A stretch of DNA of 64,000 nt. It comes from Candidatus Methylomirabilota bacterium (lineage in GTDB: Bacteria > Methylomirabilota > Methylomirabilia > Rokubacteriales > CSP1-6). This document shows, in pieces, positions 55,844 through 64,000 of this stretch. The first letter of the stretch is position 1; each line of letters begins with the position of its first letter. A program made the position numbers and the translations under genes. The notes beneath the pieces were generated by a model. The model made no database searches, was not told the origin of the DNA, and saw nothing but the letters and a program-made list of their open reading frames with translations. The stretch lies in assembly GCA_046727155.1 (NCBI GenBank), contig JBKPCB010000070.1:40-64039 (forward strand), in the 5' to 3' direction.

Positions 55844-57073
55844 CTACGCGCCGCGATCCGTGCCGAGCTCGAAAGTGTCGTGCAGGGCACGCACGGCGAG
55901 TTCGGCGTATTTGTCTTCGATGACGCAGGAGACGGCGATCTCGGAGGTGGAGATCATCTGGATGTTGACGCCTTCCTTCGAGAAGGTCTCGAACATCCGT
56001 GCCGCGACGCCGGCGTGGCTGCGCATGCCCACCCCGACGATGGACACCTTGGCGACCTGGTCGTCGGACCTCACGCCTTCGGCGCCGATCTCCTTCGCGA
56101 TGGTGGTCAGCACCTGCTCGGCGCGCTGGCGGTCGGCGCGGGGCAGGGTGAACGAAATGTCGGTGAAGCCGTCGCGGCTGATGTTCTGCACGATCATGTC
56201 CACGACGATGTTCCGCGCGCCGAGCCCGCCGAACACCTTTGCGGCAATCCCCTGCCGATCGGGGACGCGCAGGATCGACACCTTCGCCTGCCCCCGGTCG
56301 TGAGTGATGCCGGTGACCACCACGTCTTCCATGCTGTGATCCTCCCTGGTCACGAGGGTGCCCGGATCGGGCTTGAACGTGGCGCGGACGTGGACCGGCA
56401 CGGCGAACTTCTTCGCGAATTCGACCGAGCGGGCCTGAAGCACCTTGGCGCCCAGGGCAGCCATCTCCAACATCTCGTCGTAGGACACGCGCGGCAGCTT
56501 GCGCGCCGCCGGCACGACATTGGGATCGGCGGTGTAGACGCCGTCCACGTCGGTGAAGATCTCGCAAACGTCGGCCTTGAGCGCCGCCGCGAGGGCGACC
56601 GCCGTCAGGTCGGAGCCGCCTCGGCCCAGGGTAGTGATGTCTCCCGTGTCGGTCATGCCCTGGAAGCCCGCCACGACGACGATCTTGCCGGCGTCGAGCG
56701 CCGCCGTGATCCGATTCGCCGTGATGCGCTTGATGCGCGCGCCGGTGTGGACCGCGTCGGTAATGAGGCCGACCTGCGGGCCCGTGAAGGAGCAGGCGGG
56801 ATGGCCGAGCGCCTGCAGCGCCATGGCGAGCAATCCGATCGACACCTGCTCGCCGGTGGCGAGCAGCATGTCCATTTCCCTCGCGTCGGGGGTGGGGGTG
56901 ATCGCATGGGCGAGCGCGACCAGGCCGTCCGTGGTCTTGCCCATCGCCGACACCACCACGACCACCCGGTGACCCTGGGCGGCGGACTCGGCGACGCGCC
57001 GGGCGACGCTCTTGATCTTCTCGGGATCGGCGACGGAGGAGCCGCCGAACTTCTGCACGATCAGCTGGCCCAT
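55844..57073 (-). CDS. lysC: Aspartate kinase with two ACT domains
   Basis: [48 protein letters not shown]. Confidence 0.95.
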   Translation of the reverse strand: MGQLIVQKFGGSSVADPEKIKSVARRVAESAAQGHRVVVVVSAMGKTTDGLVALAHAITPTPDAREMDMLLATGEQVSIGLLAMALQALGHPACSFTGPQVGLITDAVHTGARIKRITANRITAALDAGKIVVVAGFQGMTDTGDITTLGRGGSDLTAVALAAALKADVCEIFTDVDGVYTADPNVVPAARKLPRVSYDEMLEMAALGAKVLQARSVEFAKKFAVPVHVRATFKPDPGTLVTREDHSMEDVVVTGITHDRGQAKVSILRVPDRQGIAAKVFGGLGARNIVVDMIVQNISRDGFTDISFTLPRADRQRAEQVLTTIAKEIGAEGVRSDDQVAKVSIVGVGMRSHAGVAARMFETFSKEGVNIQMISTSEIAVSCVIEDKYAELAVRALHDTFELGTDRGA

Positions 57074-57082
57074 GGAAGGGCC

Positions 57083-57112
57083 ATCGTACATGAGCGGTTG
57101 AGGAACTGTAAA
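57083..57112 (-). promoter_or_regulatory. Probable sigma70 promoter for aspartate kinase
   Basis: Minus strand TTTACA-N18-TACGAT, 9 nt before the ATG. Confidence 0.5.
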
Positions 57113-57119
57113 GCGAGCG

Positions 57120-57776
57120 CTAGAAGATTCGCTTCGGAAGGGGTCTGGCGTCCCGGGGCGCGCCACCCGGCCGGCCCGCGCCGCGCTGACCTTCTTCTTC
57201 GCCTTGGCCCGGGCGGGGGATGCGCTGGCGGAGGCGCTCGCGGAGCTGCTGCTTCTGCTCGGGCGTCATCTGCCGCCAGCGCTCCGCCTTGCGGTCCCAG
57301 CGCTCGCGCTCCTCGGGCGTCATGGCCTGGTAGCGCTGGAAGCGCTGCATGATCTGCTGCTGACGCTCCGGCGGCAGCCGCTGGAAGCGCTCGTGGGCCG
57401 CCTCGAGCTCGCGCTTGCGCTCCGGGGGCAGATTGTTCCATCGGTTGAAGTCCTGCAGGATGCGCGCGCGCTCGGCGGGCGACATATTGCGCAGCCGCTG
57501 GAGGTTCTGCCGCGCCTGCTGGCGCTCCTCGGGCGTGAGGCTCTTCCAATGCCGATAGTTCTCCAGCGCGCGCTGGCGCTGCTCGGGCGTCAACTGTCGC
57601 CAGCGCTCGAGGTTGCGCTCCGCGATGGCCCGCTCCTCGGGCGAAAGACGCTCGAGACCGCGGACCTCGGTGTCGGGAGCCTGGGCCGGCGGCGCCGCCG
57701 GGGTCTGGGCGGCGGCCGGGCCCGCTGCGGACAGCAGGGTGACGGCGAACACGGTTGCCACGACGAAGTGGCGCAT
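57120..57776 (-). CDS. DUF3106-type secreted helical repeat protein
   Basis: Signal peptide, then repeated W..L.PE.R...L units. Confidence 0.8.
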   Translation of the reverse strand: MRHFVVATVFAVTLLSAAGPAAAQTPAAPPAQAPDTEVRGLERLSPEERAIAERNLERWRQLTPEQRQRALENYRHWKSLTPEERQQARQNLQRLRNMSPAERARILQDFNRWNNLPPERKRELEAAHERFQRLPPERQQQIMQRFQRYQAMTPEERERWDRKAERWRQMTPEQKQQLRERLRQRIPRPGQGEEEGQRGAGRPGGAPRDARPLPKRIF

Positions 57777-57777
57777 C

Positions 57778-58104
57778 CTACTTCACCTCCTTTGGAGCGG
57801 CGCCGGACGTGGGCTTCGGGCCCGCCGGTGCCGGCGGAAGATCGGGCGGCTGGTCCTCCGATGCCCGCCACGATTCCAGCGTCTTGAGCCGCTCGAGGAG
57901 GCGCATGCGCTTGGCCACCTCCCGGTCGCGCGCGTAGTCCGGGTTGTTGAGCACGTCCAGGTCACGCAGGAACTCGGCGTCGACGGCCTCGGGCTTGCCG
58001 GGGGTGCGTGCCGGCGCGGTCGAATCGGCCGCCGGGGCGCCACTGACCAGGCCCACGAGAGCCGGTAGCATCAGAGCCCCTGGCCGCAGCCACCGCGCGA
58101 GCAC
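57778..58104 (-). CDS. Small exported or membrane-anchored hypothetical protein (start 58104 or 58071)
   Basis: Hydrophobic N-terminus and DAEFLRDLDVL motif; stop is 1 nt before the next ATG. Confidence 0.6.
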   Translation of the reverse strand: MLARWLRPGALMLPALVGLVSGAPAADSTAPARTPGKPEAVDAEFLRDLDVLNNPDYARDREVAKRMRLLERLKTLESWRASEDQPPDLPPAPAGPKPTSGAAPKEVK

Positions 58105-58113
58105 GGCCGGTTC

Positions 58114-58608
58114 CTATCCTTCGCCGGTCGACAGCCTATCCAGATGGTTGATCACGTCGAAGTCCTCGAGCACATCCAGCTGCTGCACGACGTCGAGCTT
58201 CGCGATCATGTCGAGCTGGCTCGCCAGGATCAGGTTCTCGAATGGGATACGGTCTCCGGTGAGCGAGCCGCGGCCTCCGCCGGGCAGGCCCACGTAAACC
58301 AGCCCGGCGAGGAGCCCCACCGCGACCAGGGCCGGCGCCGGGCGCCACACGGCGCTCCAGGTCGTCGAGCGGAGCGCGGTGCGGCGCTCGAGCTTCTCGC
58401 GGAGCTCGGCGCGATAGGCACCCCAGTGAATCGGCGGCGCGGGCGGCTCGGCGATGCCGAGCTCCTCGATCAAACCGCGAAACGCGGCGAGGCTCTCGCG
58501 GCACGCGGCACAACCATCCAGATGACCCTCGACGCGCGCCCGCTCGGGGCCCTCCAGCTCGCCCCGCGCGTGCGCAACCAGCAGCTCCTCGACATGGGCA
58601 CTGTTCAT
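58114..58608 (-). CDS. Zinc-binding (zf-HC2/ZAS) membrane anti-sigma factor
   Basis: HLDGCAAC (HxxxCxxC), one TM helix, short acidic C-terminus; ATGA overlap with the sigma gene. Confidence 0.88.
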   Translation of the reverse strand: MNSAHVEELLVAHARGELEGPERARVEGHLDGCAACRESLAAFRGLIEELGIAEPPAPPIHWGAYRAELREKLERRTALRSTTWSAVWRPAPALVAVGLLAGLVYVGLPGGGRGSLTGDRIPFENLILASQLDMIAKLDVVQQLDVLEDFDVINHLDRLSTGEG

Positions 58609-59207
58609 GCTTTCTCTCCTACCCGCTTTCTGAGCGTGGCCAGGGCGCGGTGCAGGTGAACCCGCACCGTCGCCTCCGACAGGCTCAGCACCACGGCGAT
58701 CTCCTTGGTGGCCAGCCCCTCTTTGCACTGCAGCAGGACGGCGGCGCGCTGCTGGGGCGAGAGCTGCTCCACCGCGCTCCAGATCTGGCTCATGCGGCGA
58801 TCCGTTTCCACGCTCTCGACCGGGTCCACGAAGGGCGCGGGCGCCCGCTCGACGGGATCGCCCTCGTCGGGATTGTCGTGCGTGTCGCGCCAGCCCAGGA
58901 GGCGACGCCATCCGCGCCGCCGGCGCTGATGATCCAGGCAGCAGTTGACCACGATCCGGTAAAACCACGTCGAGAACTTTGATTGGCCCGCGAAGGAGCC
59001 GGCCGACTCGTGCAGCCGCAGGAACGCTTCCTGGGAGCAGTCCTTGGCCTCTTCACGGTCCCGCAGGATGGACCAGGCGATGCGATAGGCGCGCTCCTGG
59101 TACCGCTCCACGAGCAGATCGAAGGCTCCGGGCTCGCGGTCGGCGACACTGCGGCACAGCACTTCATCGGTGGACTCCACGAGCGTCTCTCGCCCCGATC
59201 TTCCCAC
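58605..59207 (-). CDS. ECF-type sigma-70 factor (start 59207 or 59180)
   Basis: AFDLLVERYQ, AKDCSQEAFLR, FSTWFYRIVVN, LSPQQR, TVRVHLHRA. Confidence 0.93.
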   Translation of the reverse strand: MGRSGRETLVESTDEVLCRSVADREPGAFDLLVERYQERAYRIAWSILRDREEAKDCSQEAFLRLHESAGSFAGQSKFSTWFYRIVVNCCLDHQRRRRGWRRLLGWRDTHDNPDEGDPVERAPAPFVDPVESVETDRRMSQIWSAVEQLSPQQRAAVLLQCKEGLATKEIAVVLSLSEATVRVHLHRALATLRKRVGEKA

Positions 59208-59267
59208 ATGGTCAGGTCAGCGACCAACTTCCGCCTCGCGCTCCGCACCTTGTCCGGACGCATCGGC

Positions 59268-59305
59268 GAGCGGAAGGAGGGCCCGGTGGCGCCCTCCCCC
59301 CGCTC
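59268..59305 (-). other. 15-bp RNA stem-loop just after the repeat-protein gene
   Basis: Minus-strand GAGCGGGGGGAGGGC / GCCCTCCTTCCGCTC pairs fully with two G-U pairs, 8-nt loop, no U tract. Confidence 0.6.
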
Positions 59306-59316
59306 GGGCGCGCGCG

Positions 59317-59949
59317 TCAGCGGACGGCGCGCCGGGCGTTCACGTCGCGCTGCAGGTCGCGGCGGTCCTGGTGAATGTCGCGCACGTCCTCCCGACGGTC
59401 CCGCCGGTCGTTCTGCAGGTCCCGCACGTCACCGCGCCGCTCGCGACGATCCTTGTTCAGGTCGCGGACGTCGGCCCGACGGTCTTGGCGATCCTTGTTG
59501 AGGTCCCGCACGTCCTGCCGACGGTCCTTCACGTCACCGCGGTAGTCCCGGCGGTCCTTTCCCAGCTGCTCGCGCGCCGCCTTGATGGCATTGGGGTCGC
59601 CGGACTTGTAAGCGTCCTTGAGCGCCTGGCGGTCTCCGCGCAGGTCGCGGCGGTCCTGGCGAATATCCTGAGAGTCCTTCGCGATGTCCGCCTTGTCGCT
59701 CCGGATGTCACGCGTGTCCTGCCGGATGTCGCGGCGGTCTTCCCGGATGTCGCGCGAGTCCTGGCGGATGTCCTGCTTGTCCTGGCGGATGTCGCGGGTA
59801 TCCTCGCGGACGTCCCGGCGATCTTCCCTGAGGTCCCGCAGATCCTGCTTCACGTCTTGCGCGCCGGCGGGGAGTACGAAAAGCCCGGCCCCGGCGCAGA
59901 TCGCTGCGAGCCACATGGTTCCGGCGGTTACGCTCGAAAGCCTCTTCAT
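59317..59949 (-). CDS. Secreted protein built of D-x-R/Q-x-D-R-R heptad repeats
   Basis: Signal peptide (MKR...AGA-Q), about 20 Asp-spaced heptads such as DIRQDRR and DVRDLNK; GGAGG RBS. Confidence 0.8.
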   Translation of the reverse strand: MKRLSSVTAGTMWLAAICAGAGLFVLPAGAQDVKQDLRDLREDRRDVREDTRDIRQDKQDIRQDSRDIREDRRDIRQDTRDIRSDKADIAKDSQDIRQDRRDLRGDRQALKDAYKSGDPNAIKAAREQLGKDRRDYRGDVKDRRQDVRDLNKDRQDRRADVRDLNKDRRERRGDVRDLQNDRRDRREDVRDIHQDRRDLQRDVNARRAVR

Positions 59950-60012
59950 CGGTATCCTCCTGGTTCGTCTGGTTTGCGGAGCCGAGCCCTGGTTTGTCAT
60001 CTCACGGGGTAG

Positions 60013-60039
60013 GACGCCGGGAGTCAGGAAGACGTTTAC
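60013..60039 (-). promoter_or_regulatory. Putative ECF-sigma promoter upstream of the repeat-protein gene
   Basis: Minus strand GTAAAC-N17-CGTC, matching the AAC...CGT pattern of many ECF promoters. Confidence 0.5.
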
Positions 60040-60121
60040 GCGGCCGGAATCGGTGCTGAGCGGCCGGAACTCACCAGAATGGAAGGGCTCTTGAACAGCG
60101 CCGGCCAGCGGGCCGGGGCTG

Positions 60122-61123
60122 CTAAAGAGCGGGCGGTGGCGAGGCGGCGGCTCCCGCCGCGCGCGTGGCCTCGCCGAGGCTTACATGCTCCACCAGGAGG
60201 AGAGCCAGTCCGAGCAGCGTGACGGGGATGAACTGCGCCGCGTGCAGGAGAATCGACACCGAGAGGGCGTCCGACCGCGGCACCCCGAAGATGTCCAGCG
60301 CGAGCACGGTCGCGGCCTGAACCACTCCCACGAAGCCGGGGCTCGACGGCAGGCTTACGCCCAGGCCCAGAAACGCGAGGACTGTCCACGCCGCCGTCAG
60401 TGGGAGGGAGAGCCGGGCCGACTGGAACGCGGCCCAGATGGCCAGCGCGAGCACCAGCCAGATTCCCACCGATGAGAGGAGCACCGGTGCGAGATGCCGG
60501 CCCGAGCGGATGCCGCGCAGGCCCTCGCTCATGGTCGACAGGATATCGAGCAGACGCCGCTCGACCGAGCGCCAGCGTGAAAAGAGGGCGCGGATCACGC
60601 CGGCGCATGCCCCGGGCACGATGGCGATCACCGCCAGCACGACCATAGCGATCACATCCACGGCCATGAGCAGAAACGCCGACCAGCGCATCTCCCGAGG
60701 GAAGGGCACGACAAGAAGGAGCACGACCACCGTGAGCCCCACCGCCAGCGCATCCAGCACGCGCTCGACGACGAGAGTGGCCACGGTCGTCCAGAATCGC
60801 TGCCCGTGGCGGGAAGCGACGTAGACCCGCACGAGCTCGCCGGCGCGCAGCGGCAAGAGGTTATTGGCCATGTAGCCGATCATGGTGGCGTTGAAGAGGT
60901 GGGATGGCTGGGTGCCGGGCGGGTAGAGGTAGTACCAGCGCCACGCGCGCAGCCAGAGGGCCAGTACGTTCAGCGCGGCACAGAGGGCCAGGAAGCTCCA
61001 CCGCGTCTCGCGCAACCGCGCCGCGACGGCGCGCAGGTCCACGTCCCAGAAAAAGTAGATGAGCAGCGCGGCGCTCACCGCCAGCCCCGCCAGGATCTTG
61101 ATCAGCCGTCCGCGCGACGGCAC
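60122..61123 (-). CDS. Lysylphosphatidylglycerol synthase TM / UPF0104 flippase-like membrane protein
   Basis: RAWRW, GYMANNLLPLRAGE, ERVLD, PSSPGFVG. Confidence 0.87.
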   Translation of the reverse strand: MPSRGRLIKILAGLAVSAALLIYFFWDVDLRAVAARLRETRWSFLALCAALNVLALWLRAWRWYYLYPPGTQPSHLFNATMIGYMANNLLPLRAGELVRVYVASRHGQRFWTTVATLVVERVLDALAVGLTVVVLLLVVPFPREMRWSAFLLMAVDVIAMVVLAVIAIVPGACAGVIRALFSRWRSVERRLLDILSTMSEGLRGIRSGRHLAPVLLSSVGIWLVLALAIWAAFQSARLSLPLTAAWTVLAFLGLGVSLPSSPGFVGVVQAATVLALDIFGVPRSDALSVSILLHAAQFIPVTLLGLALLLVEHVSLGEATRAAGAAASPPPAL

Positions 61124-61134
61124 TGAGAGAGCGA

Positions 61135-62193
61135 TCAGAGCCCGAGCTGGGCGAGGACGGCGTCGAGCCGAGCCGGAACGGTGACGGGGCGAGAGGCCGA
61201 CTCGAGCGCGGTGTCCGGATCTTTGAGCCCGTGGCCGGTGAGGGTCAGGACGAGAGTCGAGCCCGGCTCGAAGCGGCCCGCCTTCACCATCTTCACCAAC
61301 CCCGCCACGGTGGCGCAGGACGCGGGCTCCATGAAAATTCCCTCCTCACGCGCCAGCAGCCGGTAGCCGCGCACGATCTCTTCGTCGGTGACCGCGTCGA
61401 TCCACCCGGCCGAGTCTTGCAGCGCTTCCTTGGCCAAGCCCCAAGAGGCGGGGTTGCCGATTCGGATGGCCGTGGCCAGCGTCTTCGGCTCGGCGATCAC
61501 GCGGTCCTCGACGATGGGCGCCGCGCCGGCAGCCTGGAAGCCCACCATCTTCGGCAGCTCCTTGGCCAGCCCGGCGCGGTGATACTCACGGTAGCCGCGC
61601 CAGTACGCGGAGATATTGCCGGCATTGCCCACCGGGATCAGGTGATAGTCCGGCGCGCGGCCGAGCTGGTCCACCACCTCGAAGGCGCCGGTTTTCTGAC
61701 CCTCGAGCCGGAAGGGATTGAGGCTGTTGACGAGCGTGACCGGGTGGCGGTCGGCGATCTGTGTGACGATGCTCAGCGCCTGATCGAAGTTGCCTTCGAC
61801 GACGAGCACCGTAGCGCCGTGGATCGCCGCCTGCGAGAGCTTGCCGATGGCCACCGCACCCTTGGGCACCATGACGAAGGCGCGTAGCGCGGCCCTGGCC
61901 GCATACGCCGCGGCGGAGGCGGAGGTGTTTCCCGTCGACGCGCAGATCACGGCGCGGGAGCCGGACTCCACGGCCTTAGAGATGGCCATGGTCATCCCGC
62001 GGTCCTTGAACGAGCCGGTCGGGTTGAAGCCCTCGCATTTGAGGAAGATCCGCAGGCTCGGATCCGTCGCCTCGGCCAGGCGCGGCGCGGGGATGAGGGG
62101 AGTGTTGCCCTCGTGCAGCGTCACTACCGGCGTTTGCGGCGTCACCGGCAGGAACGCGCGGTATTTCTCGATCACCCCGGGCCAGGACGTCAT
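61135..62193 (-). CDS. thrC: Threonine synthase
   Basis: EGNTPL, NPTGSFKDRG, ASTGNTSAS, PVGNAGN, ATAIRIGNP, TGHGLKDP. Confidence 0.96.
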   Translation of the reverse strand: MTSWPGVIEKYRAFLPVTPQTPVVTLHEGNTPLIPAPRLAEATDPSLRIFLKCEGFNPTGSFKDRGMTMAISKAVESGSRAVICASTGNTSASAAAYAARAALRAFVMVPKGAVAIGKLSQAAIHGATVLVVEGNFDQALSIVTQIADRHPVTLVNSLNPFRLEGQKTGAFEVVDQLGRAPDYHLIPVGNAGNISAYWRGYREYHRAGLAKELPKMVGFQAAGAAPIVEDRVIAEPKTLATAIRIGNPASWGLAKEALQDSAGWIDAVTDEEIVRGYRLLAREEGIFMEPASCATVAGLVKMVKAGRFEPGSTLVLTLTGHGLKDPDTALESASRPVTVPARLDAVLAQLGL

Positions 62194-63494
62194 GATCCGA
62201 CCTCGACCCGGATCATCGCAGTGCGCGAGGCGACCACGGGCAGCTTGTCGATGGCCGCCAGCGCCGCCCGCATGTCACGCTCCCGCGCTTCGTGCGTCAT
62301 CATCACCACGGGCACCGCCTCGCCGTGCGCCCGGCCTTTTTGCAGCACGGAGATCAGCGAGATGTCGTGCGCGCCGAGGATGCCCGCCACCTGAGCCAGC
62401 ACGCCGGGCTTGTCCATGGCCGTGACGCGCAGGTAGTAGGCCGACCGGATGTCTTCCATCGGGCGCAAACCCAGCGGCCGCGGGCTCACCGAAGGCAGAT
62501 CCACGTCCATGGCGGGGATGCCGTGTGCCACGCGGCGGGCGATCTCGAGCGTGTCCGACCACACGGCCGAGGCCGTCGGCAGCTGCCCGGCGCCGCGCCC
62601 GTAGAACATCAGGTTCCCCACGTTGTCTCCGGTGATGAAGACGGCGTTGAACACACCGGACACCGCCGCCATCGGCGAGTCGGCCGGGATCATGGTCGGG
62701 TGCACCCGCAGCTCGAGCTCGCCGTCCGTCGTTTTGGCAATGGCGAGCAGCTTGATCCGGTAGCCCAGCTCGCGGGCGTTGACCACGTCCTGCTGTGAGA
62801 CGGCGGTGATGCCCTCGGTGTAGATGTCCTTGAGGTCCACCGAGGTGCGGAAGGCGAGGGTGGCGAGGATCTGGAGCTTGTGGGCGGAGTCCAGCCCCTC
62901 GATGTCCAGCGTGGGGTCGGCCTCGGCATAGCCCCGTCCTTGGGCCTCTTTGAGCGTCTCGGCGAAATCCCGCCCTTCGTCGGTCATCCTCGTGAGGATG
63001 TAATTGCAGGTGCCGTTGACGATGCCGAAGGCGGAGAGGATGCGGTTGGCCGGCAGCCCGTCCTTGACCGCGCGGATGAGAGGAATGCCGCCCGCCACGG
63101 CGGCCTCGAAGGCCAGCGCCACGCGATTGCGCCGCGCCTCCTCGAACAGCTCGGCCCCATGGTGGGCGAGGAGGGCCTTGTTCGCCGTCACCACGTGCTT
63201 GCCCGCCTGCAGCGCTTTGAGGATGAAGGTGCGCGCCGGCTCGAGCCCGCCGACGAGCTCGATGACGATCTGCACGGCGGGGTCGTCCAGCACGGTATTG
63301 GCGTCGGCCACCATCGGCAGGCGCTTGAGGTCGAGTCCCTCGCGCGGGCGCGCGAGATCGGCGTCGGCGACCTTGTGGAGCACGAGCCGGCAGCCGGCGC
63401 GCTCCTCCATCTCGGCGGCGTGGCTCTGCAGCACCTTGATCACGCCGCTTCCCACAGTCCCGAGGCCCAGGAGCGCGATCTTGATCTCTGTCAT
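62190..63494 (-). CDS. hom: Homoserine dehydrogenase with C-terminal ACT domain
   Basis: GLGTVG, VTANK, EAAVAGGIP, NGTCNYIL, GYAEADP, GRGAG..PTASAV, DKPGVL. Confidence 0.96.
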   Translation of the reverse strand: MTEIKIALLGLGTVGSGVIKVLQSHAAEMEERAGCRLVLHKVADADLARPREGLDLKRLPMVADANTVLDDPAVQIVIELVGGLEPARTFILKALQAGKHVVTANKALLAHHGAELFEEARRNRVALAFEAAVAGGIPLIRAVKDGLPANRILSAFGIVNGTCNYILTRMTDEGRDFAETLKEAQGRGYAEADPTLDIEGLDSAHKLQILATLAFRTSVDLKDIYTEGITAVSQQDVVNARELGYRIKLLAIAKTTDGELELRVHPTMIPADSPMAAVSGVFNAVFITGDNVGNLMFYGRGAGQLPTASAVWSDTLEIARRVAHGIPAMDVDLPSVSPRPLGLRPMEDIRSAYYLRVTAMDKPGVLAQVAGILGAHDISLISVLQKGRAHGEAVPVVMMTHEARERDMRAALAAIDKLPVVASRTAMIRVEVGS

Positions 63495-63564
63495 GGGGAG
63501 GCCGAAGGTCACGGCCCGCGCCGCCGGCGCCGGGGCCCAGCCCCGGCATGCCTGACGGCTACAG

Positions 63565-64000
63565 TTACCGCGCGGTGAGACTCTTCAGGCCCCGCAGGGC
63601 CTGCTTGATGCGCTGCTCGTTCTCGACCAAGGCGAAGCGCACGTGGCCCTCGCCGTACTCCCCGAAGCCGATGCCGGGGGAGACTGCCACCTTGCTTTCC
63701 TGGATGAGCATCTTGGCGAACTCGAGCGAGCCCATGGCGCGGAAGGCGTCGGGAATCGGCGCCCAGACGAACATCGTGCCCTTGGGTTTCGGCACGGACC
63801 AGCCGAGCTTGTTGAGGCCGTCCACCAGCACGTCGCGCCGCTTCTGATGCAGCCCGACGATCTCGCTCACGCAGGCTTGGTCGCCTTCGAGCGCGATGAT
63901 GGCGGCGATCTGGATGGGCTGGAAGGCGCCGTAGTCGAGGTAGGACTTGATGCGCGCCAGGGCATTGACCATGCGGGCATTGCCGCACACGAAGCCCATC
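63565..64000 (-). CDS. alaC: C-terminal part of a class I/II aminotransferase (AlaC-like), truncated by the window edge
   Basis: [50 protein letters not shown]. Confidence 0.82.
   Translation of the reverse strand, partial: MGFVCGNARMVNALARIKSYLDYGAFQPIQIAAIIALEGDQACVSEIVGLHQKRRDVLVDGLNKLGWSVPKPKGTMFVWAPIPDAFRAMGSLEFAKMLIQESKVAVSPGIGFGEYGEGHVRFALVENEQRIKQALRGLKSLTAR

Noticed and set aside
59340-59860. CRISPR array or DNA-level repeat array
   Set aside because: The repeats are degenerate 21-bp units in frame with a protein heptad, with no unique spacers and no cas genes.
59170-60012. 280-aa plus-strand hydrophobic repeat ORF
   Set aside because: It is the antisense shadow of the heptad-repeat gene; the minus-strand ORF has the RBS, signal peptide and operon context.
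1-64000. rRNA, tRNA, integrase, transposase, prophage or defence genes
   Set aside because: No such signatures were seen by eye, and intergenic gaps are short and mostly explained. tRNAscan/Infernal would be needed to exclude small RNAs formally.

Overview
This is very GC-rich bacterial DNA; the gene style suggests Candidatus Rokubacteria/Methylomirabilota, but that placement is tentative. (1) 1-32650, + strand: a tightly coupled surface-glycan locus of about 30 genes. It holds a legionaminic-acid-type nonulosonate pathway (NeuA/B/C/D-like, LegC, PtmE-like, PtmF/ElaA-like), a Maf/DUF115 protein, a B12-dependent radical SAM enzyme, six SAM methyltransferases interleaved with glycosyltransferases and a deacetylase, a WcaJ-type initiating transferase, an O-antigen-ligase-like protein and an 805-aa GT-C-like membrane protein. 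(2) 32664-44563, - strand: ECF sigma/anti-sigma, folK, folB, dapL, an FAH-family gene, dapB, dapA, lysA, an FN3 lipoprotein, argH, plsC and mltG. A 215-bp MITE-like element and related short repeats flank lysA. (3) 44710-45708: a stand-alone, divergent rpoA with its own promoter and terminator. (4) - strand comEA-comEC-MBOAT-AlgJ-like, then small accessory genes. (5) - strand aspartokinase, an ECF/anti-sigma/DUF3106 module headed by a heptad-repeat secreted protein, thrC, hom and a partial alaC. I saw no rRNA, tRNA, CRISPR array or transposase. The best novelty candidates are the orphan rpoA paralogue, the methyl-rich nonulosonate glycosylation system and the MITE/repeat family. All family assignments come from motif recognition by eye, not database searches.
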